The position numbers and the translations under genes were made by a program. The notes below the pieces were generated by a model. That model made no database searches. It was not told the DNA's origin and was given only the letters and a program-made list of their open reading frames with translations. This document shows, piece by piece, positions 9,414 through 19,004 of a stretch of DNA of 64,000 nucleotides. Where the stretch lies: the NCBI GenBank assembly GCA_965369655.1, contig CBDUQR010000008.1:12343-76342 (forward strand), given 5' to 3'. Position 1 is the stretch's first letter; the number at the start of each line of letters is the position of its first letter. The stretch is from an uncultured bacterium (GTDB lineage Bacteria > Zixibacteria > MSB-5A5 > JAABVY01 > JAHJOQ01).

Positions 9414-11224
9414 CTCGATGAACCCTCGAACTCGACAATCCATTTCTCTGCCTTGTTCAGCGTGTTGTTCATGTCATCGCTGACGCTGCTCGACTTCGAA
9501 AATCGCCCCTCATCGCACTCGGCAAGAATATCGGCGAATTGTTGCCGTAACTCAGGCGCCACCCGTTTGCCATCAAACAAGGCATCCGCCTGTTGCAGTG
9601 TAAGACCGTGAGACGAGATGTTGAACTTGTCTCCAATGTATTCGGATAATGCCCTGCTCACCTCAGTGTAAAATTTGCTCGCATCATTCTGTCGCAGCAG
9701 GTTCCTGGCGGACGAGAGACGCGCTTTCGCCATCTTCACCGCCCGCTTGAGCCTTCGGTACCCGACATCGCCGGCAAGCCTGTCACGATGTCGCCTTAAT
9801 ACGAACACCGCCACGAGGCCCGCAATTGGCAGCGCATTGAGGAATATGAACCAGAGGCTAAACAGGTACGGCCTGCCTGAATCAGAACTTCCTCGCCGAT
9901 CCGTGAAGATGTACCGAATGTCTTTTGCGATGAGATCCAACCGTCCCGGAAGCAGTCCTGTGTGGGCAGCGATTTCTTCATTGGATACGCCCAGCACGGA
10001 TATCTCAAAAGATCTTCCCGACAGCCTCTTGTACTCACCTGTTTTCGGATCGAAATATGTGGTGCCCTCGATGGGGATCGTATAGTTGCCCGGCTCCTTT
10101 GGAACGAATGTAGTCTCAAACGTCTTGGAGCCGCCAACTACATATCCTGCTTTCGAGACATTCTCGGACTTGCCGGAATTGAACACCCTGAATTCATCGA
10201 GTTGTGGGATCACCGGTTCTGCAAGGGTCTTGATATTCCCTGTGCCGGAAAGCTTGATCTTGACTGTTACCGGCTGGTTGACCTCGACTTCAGTCTTGTC
10301 AATTGATGCGGACATCTTGAACTGTCCGACACTGCCGGAGAAATCCGCCGGCCTGCCTTCAGATGGAAGCGGCAACACAACTATCTCGATAGGTTTTGAT
10401 TCGAGATTCACCGGCTTTGGCTGAGATCGACGTCTCTGAAATACTCCAAATGGATCGCGGTCGAAAAGCGACATAAGGTCCTCGCCACCGATTTTCAGCG
10501 TCGCCTTTCCTACGGTTTTTACTCCCGGCGACGTCGGAAACAGAGCAGTCTTGACTTCCGCCACATAGTAGTTTTTGCCATGCACGGTCTTGTAGAAATT
10601 CTTCTGAGGAGGGAGATCCTCCACCCAGAAGCCAGTGGCTGACGGCGGCTCATACTTAGGGTCACCGAACAACCTCTTGCCCTGATAGAACCGGAAAGTG
10701 AGCGTGATCTGCTCGTTCACATAAGCCGTGTCTTTGTCCACAAATGTCTCGACAAAAAAGTCACGATCTCCACCCCTGCCTGACTGAGTCTGCTGTGAAG
10801 TCCCCGCACCCATCCCGGAATCCTGACGCCTCGTTGTGGCACCGCCCGAACTGACTGTGAGCGTGATCGGAGTGGTCGCGTAGTTCTTACCCTTGAAGGA
10901 CAACTCCTGCGGAGGGATGACGATCTTCCCCTTCTGCTGTGGTACAACGAGGTATGTATGCGTAACAGATGACGCCACCTCGCCGTTCACGAATGAATAC
11001 TGCCGCGATGTCCCCGCACCGAAGACCTGGCAGCCGGGTATCACAGGCGTATTCGGGGCAGGTAGATTCTCGACACTGCCGGAGATCGTCAACTCCAGCG
11101 TGACCTGCTCGCCGACTGAGGGCTGAGTCGTCGACACATCAGCAACAAAGCTGATGTCCTCGGCCGCTGCATTCATGCAAAGCATGAGAACGATTGTGAC
11201 AATAATCGACAAACGCAACCGCAC
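9410..11224 (-). CDS. batD: BatD family protein
   Basis: Signal peptide, repeated Ig-like BatD domains, LPSEGRPADFSGSVGQF, G.GNIK, TM helix. Confidence 0.88.
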   Translation of the reverse strand: MRLRLSIIVTIVLMLCMNAAAEDISFVADVSTTQPSVGEQVTLELTISGSVENLPAPNTPVIPGCQVFGAGTSRQYSFVNGEVASSVTHTYLVVPQQKGKIVIPPQELSFKGKNYATTPITLTVSSGGATTRRQDSGMGAGTSQQTQSGRGGDRDFFVETFVDKDTAYVNEQITLTFRFYQGKRLFGDPKYEPPSATGFWVEDLPPQKNFYKTVHGKNYYVAEVKTALFPTSPGVKTVGKATLKIGGEDLMSLFDRDPFGVFQRRRSQPKPVNLESKPIEIVVLPLPSEGRPADFSGSVGQFKMSASIDKTEVEVNQPVTVKIKLSGTGNIKTLAEPVIPQLDEFRVFNSGKSENVSKAGYVVGGSKTFETTFVPKEPGNYTIPIEGTTYFDPKTGEYKRLSGRSFEISVLGVSNEEIAAHTGLLPGRLDLIAKDIRYIFTDRRGSSDSGRPYLFSLWFIFLNALPIAGLVAVFVLRRHRDRLAGDVGYRRLKRAVKMAKARLSSARNLLRQNDASKFYTEVSRALSEYIGDKFNISSHGLTLQQADALFDGKRVAPELRQQFADILAECDEGRFSKSSSVSDDMNNTLNKAEKWIVEFEGSSR

Positions 11225-11225
11225 T

Positions 11226-12035
11226 CTACCAGTCCTTTCCAGTATAGCCGCCAGATGGCGCTTTCAACTTGACGAGCTTTTTCAGCACATCCCGGTCATT
11301 TCCGGTGACGGCATTCAGCAGCCTTTCGGCATCCTCCTCGCTCATTTCCATTTCCCGGGGCTGTGACTGCTGAGGTTGCTGTTGCTGATCCTCATTCTGG
11401 TCAGCAGAGGATTGCTGTTGCTGTTGTTCCTCTTGCTGCTCCTGTTGCTCTTGTTCCTGCTGTTGATTCTGATCTTGCTGGTCTTGTTGTTGATCCTGCT
11501 TCTGTTGATCCTGTTGGTCCTGCTGCTGTTGATCCTGATTCTGCTCCTGATCTTCCTTCTGATCTTCCTGCTTCTCCTGATTCTTATCGCACTGTTGCTG
11601 TTCCTGTTCCTGAAGTCTCTGTTGAGTCAGTTCGAGATTGTACTTGGCGTCGAGATCAGTCGGATCGATGTCTAAGCTCTTCTTATACGCGTCGAGGGCT
11701 TTCTGGTAATCGCCTTTCCTGAATTCGGTGTTGCCCATATTATAGTATGAATATGCCTGCATCATGCTGTCTTCGGAGAGCGCCGAATTCAGGTAGGTCT
11801 CGTTTGCCTTGTCATACTCGCCCTGCTGGTGATAGGCGCTTCCCAGATTATAGTTGACGACCGGATCGGCTGGATTCTTGTCTCTGGCTTCTTCGAGAAG
11901 TGTAGTCGCCTGGTCGAACTCTCCCCTCTCGTACAGCTCTACGGCCTTGTCGTTGATCTTTCTGTACGAATCATCGGCGCGCACAGACCCGATGAGTAAG
12001 ACTGTAGCGACTATAGCGAACAGCAACCCTCTCAT
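11226..12035 (-). CDS. batC: BatC-like TPR protein with Q/D/E-rich linker
   Basis: TPRs, DAKYNLE, poly-Q tract, MSEEDAERLL, C-terminal KDW. Confidence 0.88.
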   Translation of the reverse strand: MRGLLFAIVATVLLIGSVRADDSYRKINDKAVELYERGEFDQATTLLEEARDKNPADPVVNYNLGSAYHQQGEYDKANETYLNSALSEDSMMQAYSYYNMGNTEFRKGDYQKALDAYKKSLDIDPTDLDAKYNLELTQQRLQEQEQQQCDKNQEKQEDQKEDQEQNQDQQQQDQQDQQKQDQQQDQQDQNQQQEQEQQEQQEEQQQQQSSADQNEDQQQQPQQSQPREMEMSEEDAERLLNAVTGNDRDVLKKLVKLKAPSGGYTGKDW

Positions 12036-13054
12036 CTCCGTCTCCTGCCGTTGAACCTGAGCTTTCTGTCGGTCACAACAAATTCAATTATAAGAAAGAA
12101 GAGTCCCGCAGCAAGGGGATACTGAAATCTGTCTTCGTATTGCGTCATCAGCTTGCCTTCAAGCTCTCTCTTTTCCATGCCGAGAATCTCGTCGTATATC
12201 CGGTCGAGCTCGATCTCACCCGCAGTCGCTCTGTAATACTCGCCGTCAGTGATCTCGGCTATCCTCTGGAGAGTCATCTCGTCGAGGCTGGTCATCACGA
12301 CCGAACCATCCTCGTCTTTCTTGAAACCGACAGTCTCTCCTCGGCGATTCTTGATCGGAATCGGCTCGCCCCGCACCGAACCGATGCCTATTGTGAAAAT
12401 CCTTACGCCCTGATCATGCGCGCGCTCGGCGATTTCAATTGGCTTCGTATCGTGATCCTCACCATCAGTAAGCAGAATCATTACTTTGTACTTTCTCTCG
12501 GACTGATCGAACGCTGTCAGAGCGGTCTCGATGGCATCACCGATAGCAGTCCCCTGCGTCGGAATAATATCCGAATAGACGACGTCCATGAATATCTTGA
12601 ACGCCGAATAGTCGAGTGTCAATGGACAATGTATGAAACTCTGCCCCGCGAACAGCACAAGCCCGATCCTGTCGCCCGACAGACGTTCGACAACCCCGCG
12701 AATCTCCTGCTTGGCTTTTTCGAGTCGACTCGGCTTCATGTCCTCGGCGTCCATCGATGTCGATGTGTCGAGGAGTATCATTATATCGAGTCCTTCGCGC
12801 TTCATCATCACCGCATGAGTACCCCACTGAGGACGCGCCGCCGCGAAGATCAGAAAAACCAGCCCGATCAGGAGCATGACAAACTTCGTGATCCTTCCGG
12901 TCCTCGAATATGTTGCGGCAAGCCGCTTGAACCGGGATGGCTGCGCGAAACGATCCCTTGCCAGTCGTCGACCGCGACGTGCCCAGAGAAAGAAGAACAC
13001 GAGCGGAAAAATCAGCAGCAGCGCATAGAGCATGTCGGCATTGGCGAATTTCAT
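12032..13054 (-). CDS. batB: VWA domain protein BatB
   Basis: AARPQWG, MIDAS DTSTSM, PLTLDY, LTDGEDH. Confidence 0.9.
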   Translation of the reverse strand: MKFANADMLYALLLIFPLVFFFLWARRGRRLARDRFAQPSRFKRLAATYSRTGRITKFVMLLIGLVFLIFAAARPQWGTHAVMMKREGLDIMILLDTSTSMDAEDMKPSRLEKAKQEIRGVVERLSGDRIGLVLFAGQSFIHCPLTLDYSAFKIFMDVVYSDIIPTQGTAIGDAIETALTAFDQSERKYKVMILLTDGEDHDTKPIEIAERAHDQGVRIFTIGIGSVRGEPIPIKNRRGETVGFKKDEDGSVVMTSLDEMTLQRIAEITDGEYYRATAGEIELDRIYDEILGMEKRELEGKLMTQYEDRFQYPLAAGLFFLIIEFVVTDRKLRFNGRRRR

Positions 13055-13104
13055 TTCTAACCTGTACTAATAACCTTGCGCGTCGTTCATCAGCTTACTT
13101 CGGG

Positions 13105-14100
13105 TCATGGCAGCTTCCTGAACCGTGTCTGCGACAATACGACCTCGACCATAATCATCCCGAGGCCGCATGCCAGGAAATATAGATACAGTTCATCGAA
13201 CTGCAGGTATTGCTTCGTCTTCATCTTCGTTCTTTCAAGCGAGGATATTTCCTCATAGATATGCTTCAGCCCTTCTACATCTTTTGCGCGGTAATACCGC
13301 CCGCCGGTCAGGTCCGCGATCCTGCGAAGAGACTCCTCGTCGATTTCGTTCTCGATATTCACGTAGCGTCTGCCGAATACCGGATCATCAACCGGATATG
13401 GCGCAGGACCGGGACGACCTGCCCCGATGGCGTAAACCTTGATCTTAAGAGTCTTAGCGATCTCCGCAGCAGTCACAGGATCGATTTCGCCGGCGTTATT
13501 GACGCCATCGGTCAACAGCACTATCACCTTGCTCTTCGCAGGCGAGTCCTTCAGCCGATTGCAACTGTTTGCCAGCGCCATGCCGATCGCGGTGCCGTCC
13601 TCGACCATACCGAATGTAACATCGTCAAGGAAGTTAAGGAGGATATTGTAGTCTAGCGTCAACGGACACTGAGTGAAACTCTCCCTGGCAAAAACAACAA
13701 GCCCGATCCTGTCGCTGGTCCGGCTGTCGATAAAGTCTCGTATCACCTGCTTTGCGACATGCAGGCGGTTCTTCGGTTTGAAGTCTTCGGCCTTCATGCT
13801 GCCAGAAATGTCGAGCGTCAGGATAATATCTATTCCCTCGGTCTCAGTTTCGATGTTTACGCTCGATGTGCGAGGCCGCGCGAGAGCCACAATAAGAAGT
13901 GCGAGCGCGAGAAGTTTCAGTCCGGGCGATATGAAATCGGCCCACAACCTGCCGCCCGGTCTGACAGCCTTTATCAGGGTAAGATCCGAGAAAACCACTG
14001 TCGATCTTCTCTTTCGTCCATATCTGATCAGCCACAGAACCAATAGCGGTATCAGCAGCAGCAGCAACAGGACGGAGGGAGTCGCTAACTCATAATTCAT
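13105..14100 (-). CDS. batA: VWA domain protein BatA
   Basis: ALARP, MIDAS DISGSM, DGTAIG, LLTDGVNN. Confidence 0.92.
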   Translation of the reverse strand: MNYELATPSVLLLLLLIPLLVLWLIRYGRKRRSTVVFSDLTLIKAVRPGGRLWADFISPGLKLLALALLIVALARPRTSSVNIETETEGIDIILTLDISGSMKAEDFKPKNRLHVAKQVIRDFIDSRTSDRIGLVVFARESFTQCPLTLDYNILLNFLDDVTFGMVEDGTAIGMALANSCNRLKDSPAKSKVIVLLTDGVNNAGEIDPVTAAEIAKTLKIKVYAIGAGRPGPAPYPVDDPVFGRRYVNIENEIDEESLRRIADLTGGRYYRAKDVEGLKHIYEEISSLERTKMKTKQYLQFDELYLYFLACGLGMIMVEVVLSQTRFRKLP

Positions 14101-14122
14101 GGTTCGCGACCTCCAGTTCTAC

Positions 14123-14339
14123 GGGCTTGTTGAGAAACCCCGTAACAGACATTACCTGTAGATTTGTCATCACGAGGAGCGATAGCGACGTGGTGATCTC
14201 AGTTCTTGTAATACGCGGCCTGACTTGAGATTGCCACGCTCCCTTCCTTCGAGGCTCAGGACTTGTCGGTCGCTCGCAATGACAGCGAATTCCAACGACC
14301 ACTCTATACACCATGTCAACTACCTTTTTCAACACGCTC
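14123..14339. mobile_element. MITE-like non-autonomous element with an internal RPE-like palindrome
   Basis: Imperfect TIRs GGGCTTGTTGAGAAA / TTTTTCAACACGCTC (12/15). Internal GTCATCACGAG..GCGACGTGGTGATCTC..GAGATTGCCACGCT..GCTCGCAATGAC. Same layout at 47535-47708. Confidence 0.55.
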
Positions 14340-15266
14340 TCGACGCTCCTGTCCCGTCTCTCGCACGAACTGCCATGCTCTCTGGAAATCGTTCTCAGCC
14401 TGATTCAACTCCGGATGGAATTTGGCGAACTTCACAAGATCGGCGCCATCAAACATCTCGAAAAGCCTGTCATACTGCTCCTGATCGAGACTTATTCTCG
14501 ACATCTCTCCGCGCAACTCGAAAGTCGTCCTGTCGAGCGCATCGATCCCGTACCGAGGCTCAAGGTATCTCCTGATGATCTTCGTCAGGCGCAGATAGAA
14601 CGGCTTAAACTCCGAGTCTGCGAGCAGTGCTGATTCTCGAAGATGCCTGAGTCTCTCCTCCGCCACGACCCAGGGCGGCCTCGTATCGACTGGCTCCGCA
14701 TCGACGCCGTTACCGGCTTTCCTTCTCACCAACCAGTACACAAGCGCACCGACAACGACCGCGGCAACGATCAGATACATCCAGAGGAACCTGCTTCCGA
14801 AATACATCTCCGGTTTCAGCCCCCGTATATCAGCCAGCGAGTCTCCCTCGGCGAGGCTCAGGATCGTGACTCTGAGCGAATCGGTTTCGATCTCAGTCAT
14901 CGTGGAATCCGGCATCAGGAAGCTGAGCTTGACCCGGGGCAGCCAGATCGTGCCAGTCTCGTAGGCGGCGATGACAAACTTCGCCGTGAGCCGTATCCGA
15001 CCATCCTCCGTACCCGACATTTCGTACTCTCTGCCCTTGACCTCGAAGTTGCCGAGCCGGTCACCGATCGGTATCGAGTCGACCGCGATCGAGGAATCAG
15101 ATACGACCGTCAGAGTATAGTTGAGACGATCACCGATATATGCCTGCTGCCGGTCGATCTCCGCCTTCACAGATACAGGCTCAGTCTGCGCGAATAGATG
15201 TGCCGGACACAACAGCGATACGGCGAGTAACGCCGACGCCAGCCCTATGTTTATGATCCTGATCAT
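14316..15266 (-). CDS. Bat-cluster membrane protein (Ig-like domain + TM + helical C-terminus)
   Basis: Signal peptide, one TM, LVKFAK motif; usual position after DUF58. Confidence 0.8.
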   Translation of the reverse strand: MIRIINIGLASALLAVSLLCPAHLFAQTEPVSVKAEIDRQQAYIGDRLNYTLTVVSDSSIAVDSIPIGDRLGNFEVKGREYEMSGTEDGRIRLTAKFVIAAYETGTIWLPRVKLSFLMPDSTMTEIETDSLRVTILSLAEGDSLADIRGLKPEMYFGSRFLWMYLIVAAVVVGALVYWLVRRKAGNGVDAEPVDTRPPWVVAEERLRHLRESALLADSEFKPFYLRLTKIIRRYLEPRYGIDALDRTTFELRGEMSRISLDQEQYDRLFEMFDGADLVKFAKFHPELNQAENDFQRAWQFVRETGQERRERVEKGS

Positions 15267-15270
15267 ACTA

Positions 15271-16158
15271 TCAGTGATGCCGCTTAAGTTTTCTCAACTT
15301 AAAGAACCGCGTTAATGCCTCTATGTAACTACCTGCTGTCGAGAGTGATACAAAATCTACATTGAGGTGTTTGAACATGTCGGCGATATTCTGCTGGCGC
15401 CTACGCGCCGCCTCGGCATAACGTACCTGAATTCCAGCCGAGGCTGTATCGACCCACATCGTCTCACCAGTCTCGGAATCTTTGAGCAGGAGAAGCCCGG
15501 CTTTCGGGATTTCCAACTCTCTCGGATCGGTGATGTTGATCGCAATCGTATCATGCTTGCGTTTAGCCACGAGCAGCGGCTTGCGGAAATCATCCCCGAT
15601 AAAATCGGAGATTATGAAGAGCACCGCTCGCCTCTTGATAACACGGTTGAAATACTCAATGGCGCCTGCGATGTCCGTACCTGTGCCTTCAGGCTTGGTA
15701 TACAGGACTTCCCTGATCAGTCGCAGCACATTGCGACGACCCTTTTTCGGCGGGATAAATTTCTCGATCCTGTCAGAAAACGAAATCATGCCGACTTTGT
15801 CATTGTTCTTGATCGCCGCGAAAGCCAGGAGCGCGGTCAGCTCGGCGGCCAGTTCGGACTTGTAGTAATCGGCTGTGCCGAACTGTTTCGATCCCGAAGA
15901 GTCCATCAGGATTATCACTGTCAGCTCGCGTTCCTCGGCGAATTTCTTGATAAACGGCGTACCGTATCGCGCGGTAACATTCCAGTCTATCTGCCGAACG
16001 TCATCTCCCGGCTGGTATTCCCGCACCTCATCGAACTCCATCCCCTGACCCTTGAAGCTCGAGTGATACTCGCCCGATATCAACTCATCGACAATCCGCC
16101 GAGTGCGAATCTCGATCCGGCGAACTTTCTTCAGGATTTCCCTGGTATCCAGTGCCAA
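15271..16158 (-). CDS. DUF58 domain protein
   Basis: GMEFDEVREYQPGDDVRQIDWNVTAR, EERE, ISDF. Confidence 0.95.
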   Translation of the reverse strand: MALDTREILKKVRRIEIRTRRIVDELISGEYHSSFKGQGMEFDEVREYQPGDDVRQIDWNVTARYGTPFIKKFAEERELTVIILMDSSGSKQFGTADYYKSELAAELTALLAFAAIKNNDKVGMISFSDRIEKFIPPKKGRRNVLRLIREVLYTKPEGTGTDIAGAIEYFNRVIKRRAVLFIISDFIGDDFRKPLLVAKRKHDTIAINITDPRELEIPKAGLLLLKDSETGETMWVDTASAGIQVRYAEAARRRQQNIADMFKHLNVDFVSLSTAGSYIEALTRFFKLRKLKRHH

Positions 16159-16160
16159 CC

Positions 16161-17147
16161 TTACGGGACCTCGATTGTGTCGAAGATTTTCCTTACTATG
16201 TCTTCGGTAGCGAGTTCTTCGGCTTCCGCCTCGTAGGTGAGGATGATCCGGTGCCTGAGAACATCCATGCCGATAGTCTTGACATCCTCCGGCGTGATAT
16301 ATCCGCGTCCCCTGAGAAATGCGTGCGCGCGAGATGCAAGATTGAGGTAGATGGTTGCCCTCGGCGATGCGCCGTACTCCACGAGGTCCCCTATATCCAG
16401 ACCAAACTTCGCAGGCTCGCGCGAGGCCATCACGATGTTCACGATGTATTCCTTGACCTTCTCATCCACATAGATCTCTGAAACCACCTTGCGCGCGTTC
16501 AGGATTTCTTCAGGCGAGACTACCGGTGACGCCGACGGCTTGACGATTCCTGTCATTCGGTCCATGATTTCAAGCTCTTCGTCACGATTCGGATATGTGA
16601 TCTTCAGCTTCAGCATGAAGCGATCAACCTGCGCTTCCGGAAGAGGATACGTGCCCTCCTGCTCGATCGGATTCTGGGTCGCAAGGACCAGGAATGGTTC
16701 ATCAAGCGGATAGGTCGTATCGCCGATCGTTACCTGTCTCTCCTGCATAGCTTCGAGCAACGCGCTCTGGACTTTCGCCGGCGCGCGATTGATCTCATCC
16801 GCAAGGATTATATTCGAAAAGATCGGTCCCTTCTTCGGATAGAACGTCCCCTCCTGGGGCGAGTAGACCAGAGTGCCGATCAGGTCGGCGGGCAGGAGAT
16901 CGGGAGTGAACTGGATTCTCTGGAACTTGGTCTTTATTGCGTCGGACAGCGTCTGGATCGAGAGTGTCTTTGCCAGCCCCGGAACACCCTCGAGGAGAAT
17001 ATGGCCGTCAGCCAGCAGACCGATCAACAGTCGCTCGACTAAGTAGTCCTGCCCAACGATAACCTTCCTGATCTCGTTGGTGAGGCCTTCGATGAAAGCA
17101 GATTCCTGCTCTACTCTCTGTTGTATTTCTCTGATGTCCTGATCCAT
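16161..17147 (-). CDS. moxR: MoxR family AAA+ ATPase
   Basis: GVPGLAKT, RIQFTPDLLPAD, DEINRA, ATQNPIEQEGTYPLPEAQVDRF. Confidence 0.96.
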   Translation of the reverse strand: MDQDIREIQQRVEQESAFIEGLTNEIRKVIVGQDYLVERLLIGLLADGHILLEGVPGLAKTLSIQTLSDAIKTKFQRIQFTPDLLPADLIGTLVYSPQEGTFYPKKGPIFSNIILADEINRAPAKVQSALLEAMQERQVTIGDTTYPLDEPFLVLATQNPIEQEGTYPLPEAQVDRFMLKLKITYPNRDEELEIMDRMTGIVKPSASPVVSPEEILNARKVVSEIYVDEKVKEYIVNIVMASREPAKFGLDIGDLVEYGASPRATIYLNLASRAHAFLRGRGYITPEDVKTIGMDVLRHRIILTYEAEAEELATEDIVRKIFDTIEVP

Positions 17148-17193
17148 CGCACCTCCGTTAATGCTTCAGTATTGTCAATTCTACGCTGTGAAG

Positions 17194-18108
17194 TCAGTGA
17201 TGTTCCGCGACTTGTCTCAATGAAATCAGCATATCGGTAACCTCTGATTCGCTCACCGGCAGCCCGCCGAACTTCAGGCTCTGATCCCATTCGAGAAGCT
17301 GCATGCACTTGTCCGACAATATCTTAGGCGCACTTGCTTCATTCATTGCTTCACGACATATTTCCCGGTTCGATTCCTGCGGGCGGATTGCGTATTCGTT
17401 TTCGATATACTGCATAACTGTTGTGGTCAGCGCTGACTGCGCATCGGCAACGCGACCATGAGCCAGCATGATTTCGACACGGTCAAGCGAGGCGAGCAGA
17501 TCGACCCTCGCCACACCGGCAGTCTCTTCAGGGATGCGCACCGCCCTCCGTTTCCTCAACCTCACATATATTAAAGTTGCGATTGATACAATCAGGATCA
17601 GGATGACAACCAGCGGTAGCAGGCTCTCCATGCCGACCTGACCGGGGCTGCCCGCAGAGACTTCGAGCGGTATCGAGGCTGAACCGAGGGTCGTGATGAG
17701 ACCCGTCCGCGTATCGACATAATCGAGAGTAAGCACAGGGATCGAGAAACTGCCCTGCACTGTCGGCCTGAAGTAATAGATCGTAGTCCTCATCACGGAC
17801 GGCAGATCGGCATCCAGAGATCGCATGCTCGAACTGCCGGTCGATATCAGGTCGAAGCTCTCGATCACAAGAGTCGGGATTTCTGCTATATCGATGTCTG
17901 ACTCTTCGCCGCGTATTGTCACCCTGAGTTCGACAATCAGAGTGTCATCGGTGGTCAGATCGGTATCGAGAGCGCTTACATCGAAACTGACACCTTCTGG
18001 ATGAACAGGATCACTGCTCTCTGATTCCTGTGGAGCAGTGTCGGCTGCGATGATTGCATTAAAGGCTAACGCGATTGCGAGTATCACATGTAATGCGAGC
18101 TTTTTCAT
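17194..18108 (-). CDS. BatD-like single-domain membrane protein
   Basis: Signal peptide from ATG 18108 (MKKLAL..), Ig-like domain, TM; architecture similar to 14316-15266. Confidence 0.7.
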   Translation of the reverse strand: MKKLALHVILAIALAFNAIIAADTAPQESESSDPVHPEGVSFDVSALDTDLTTDDTLIVELRVTIRGEESDIDIAEIPTLVIESFDLISTGSSSMRSLDADLPSVMRTTIYYFRPTVQGSFSIPVLTLDYVDTRTGLITTLGSASIPLEVSAGSPGQVGMESLLPLVVILILIVSIATLIYVRLRKRRAVRIPEETAGVARVDLLASLDRVEIMLAHGRVADAQSALTTTVMQYIENEYAIRPQESNREICREAMNEASAPKILSDKCMQLLEWDQSLKFGGLPVSESEVTDMLISLRQVAEHH

Positions 18109-18146
18109 GCTACTCAGATATGCATAGTCAGTGAAACGTGTCAAGA

Positions 18147-19004
18147 CTAAACTGTATACCGTGCGATCAGCAGTGTCAGAAGCCCCGCGGGCATCAGCAG
18201 TTTCAGTCTCAACTGAAGCTTCGACGATGCAAGTTTGACAGACTCCGAGCGAATCGCATCAACTGAGACAATAGTCATGGCTGACACAAACAGGATCGAT
18301 GAAATAAGATAGCTGACCGACAATCCGAAAAACAGATATGCCGCGAACATCACGCCAGCGAGTACCGCGAATGGAATCATAGCCAACTTCATGCAGAATC
18401 CCGGGCCGTATTCAGTGGCAAGCGTAGTAGTGCCGACCGACGAATCGCCGGATATATCTTCGGCATCCTTTATCATCTCGCGTCCCAGATGGAACAGGAA
18501 TCCAAACAATGCTCCAAGCAGCGCCAGCCTGATCTGCATCCATTCCCAATTGTTGCCCGCTGCCGCGGCGTACATAAAAGTCAACGCCGAGACAGACGCT
18601 ACCCAAATGTTCGAGACTATCAGCAGGCGTTTACCGAATGCTGAATATGCGTACAGAAGTAATGCCGCTGTCGCCGCAATCAGCAAACACGTAACATTGA
18701 CCAGCGCCGCCGATGCAAGCCCCAATACCACATGAATAGTCGCCGACACATATCCCTGCCTGACCGTCAATCTCCCCGACGCTATCAGCCTTCCCGGTTT
18801 GTCCAACCGGTCGGCAACGACATCGAAACAATCATTGATCGCGTTTCCGAACCCGGCGATAAGTGCCGCGCCGAGAGATGCAAACGCCAGTGTCGCGGCA
18901 TCAGGAATATCTCGCAGCAGGAAACCCGCCACGATTACTGTCACGCCTGCGATCAGATTGTTGACCGGCCTGCCAAGCATTATCATATAGAATAGAGTAC
19001 GCAT
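18147..19004 (-). CDS. UbiA-family prenyltransferase, DGGGP synthase-like
   Basis: RPVN, NAINDCFDVVADRLDKPGR, REMIKDAEDISGD motifs; multi-TM. Confidence 0.85.
   Translation of the reverse strand: MRTLFYMIMLGRPVNNLIAGVTVIVAGFLLRDIPDAATLAFASLGAALIAGFGNAINDCFDVVADRLDKPGRLIASGRLTVRQGYVSATIHVVLGLASAALVNVTCLLIAATAALLLYAYSAFGKRLLIVSNIWVASVSALTFMYAAAAGNNWEWMQIRLALLGALFGFLFHLGREMIKDAEDISGDSSVGTTTLATEYGPGFCMKLAMIPFAVLAGVMFAAYLFFGLSVSYLISSILFVSAMTIVSVDAIRSESVKLASSKLQLRLKLLMPAGLLTLLIARYTV

Noticed and set aside
11376-11675. Poly-leucine plus-strand ORF
   Set aside because: Antisense shadow of the Gln-rich linker of batC.
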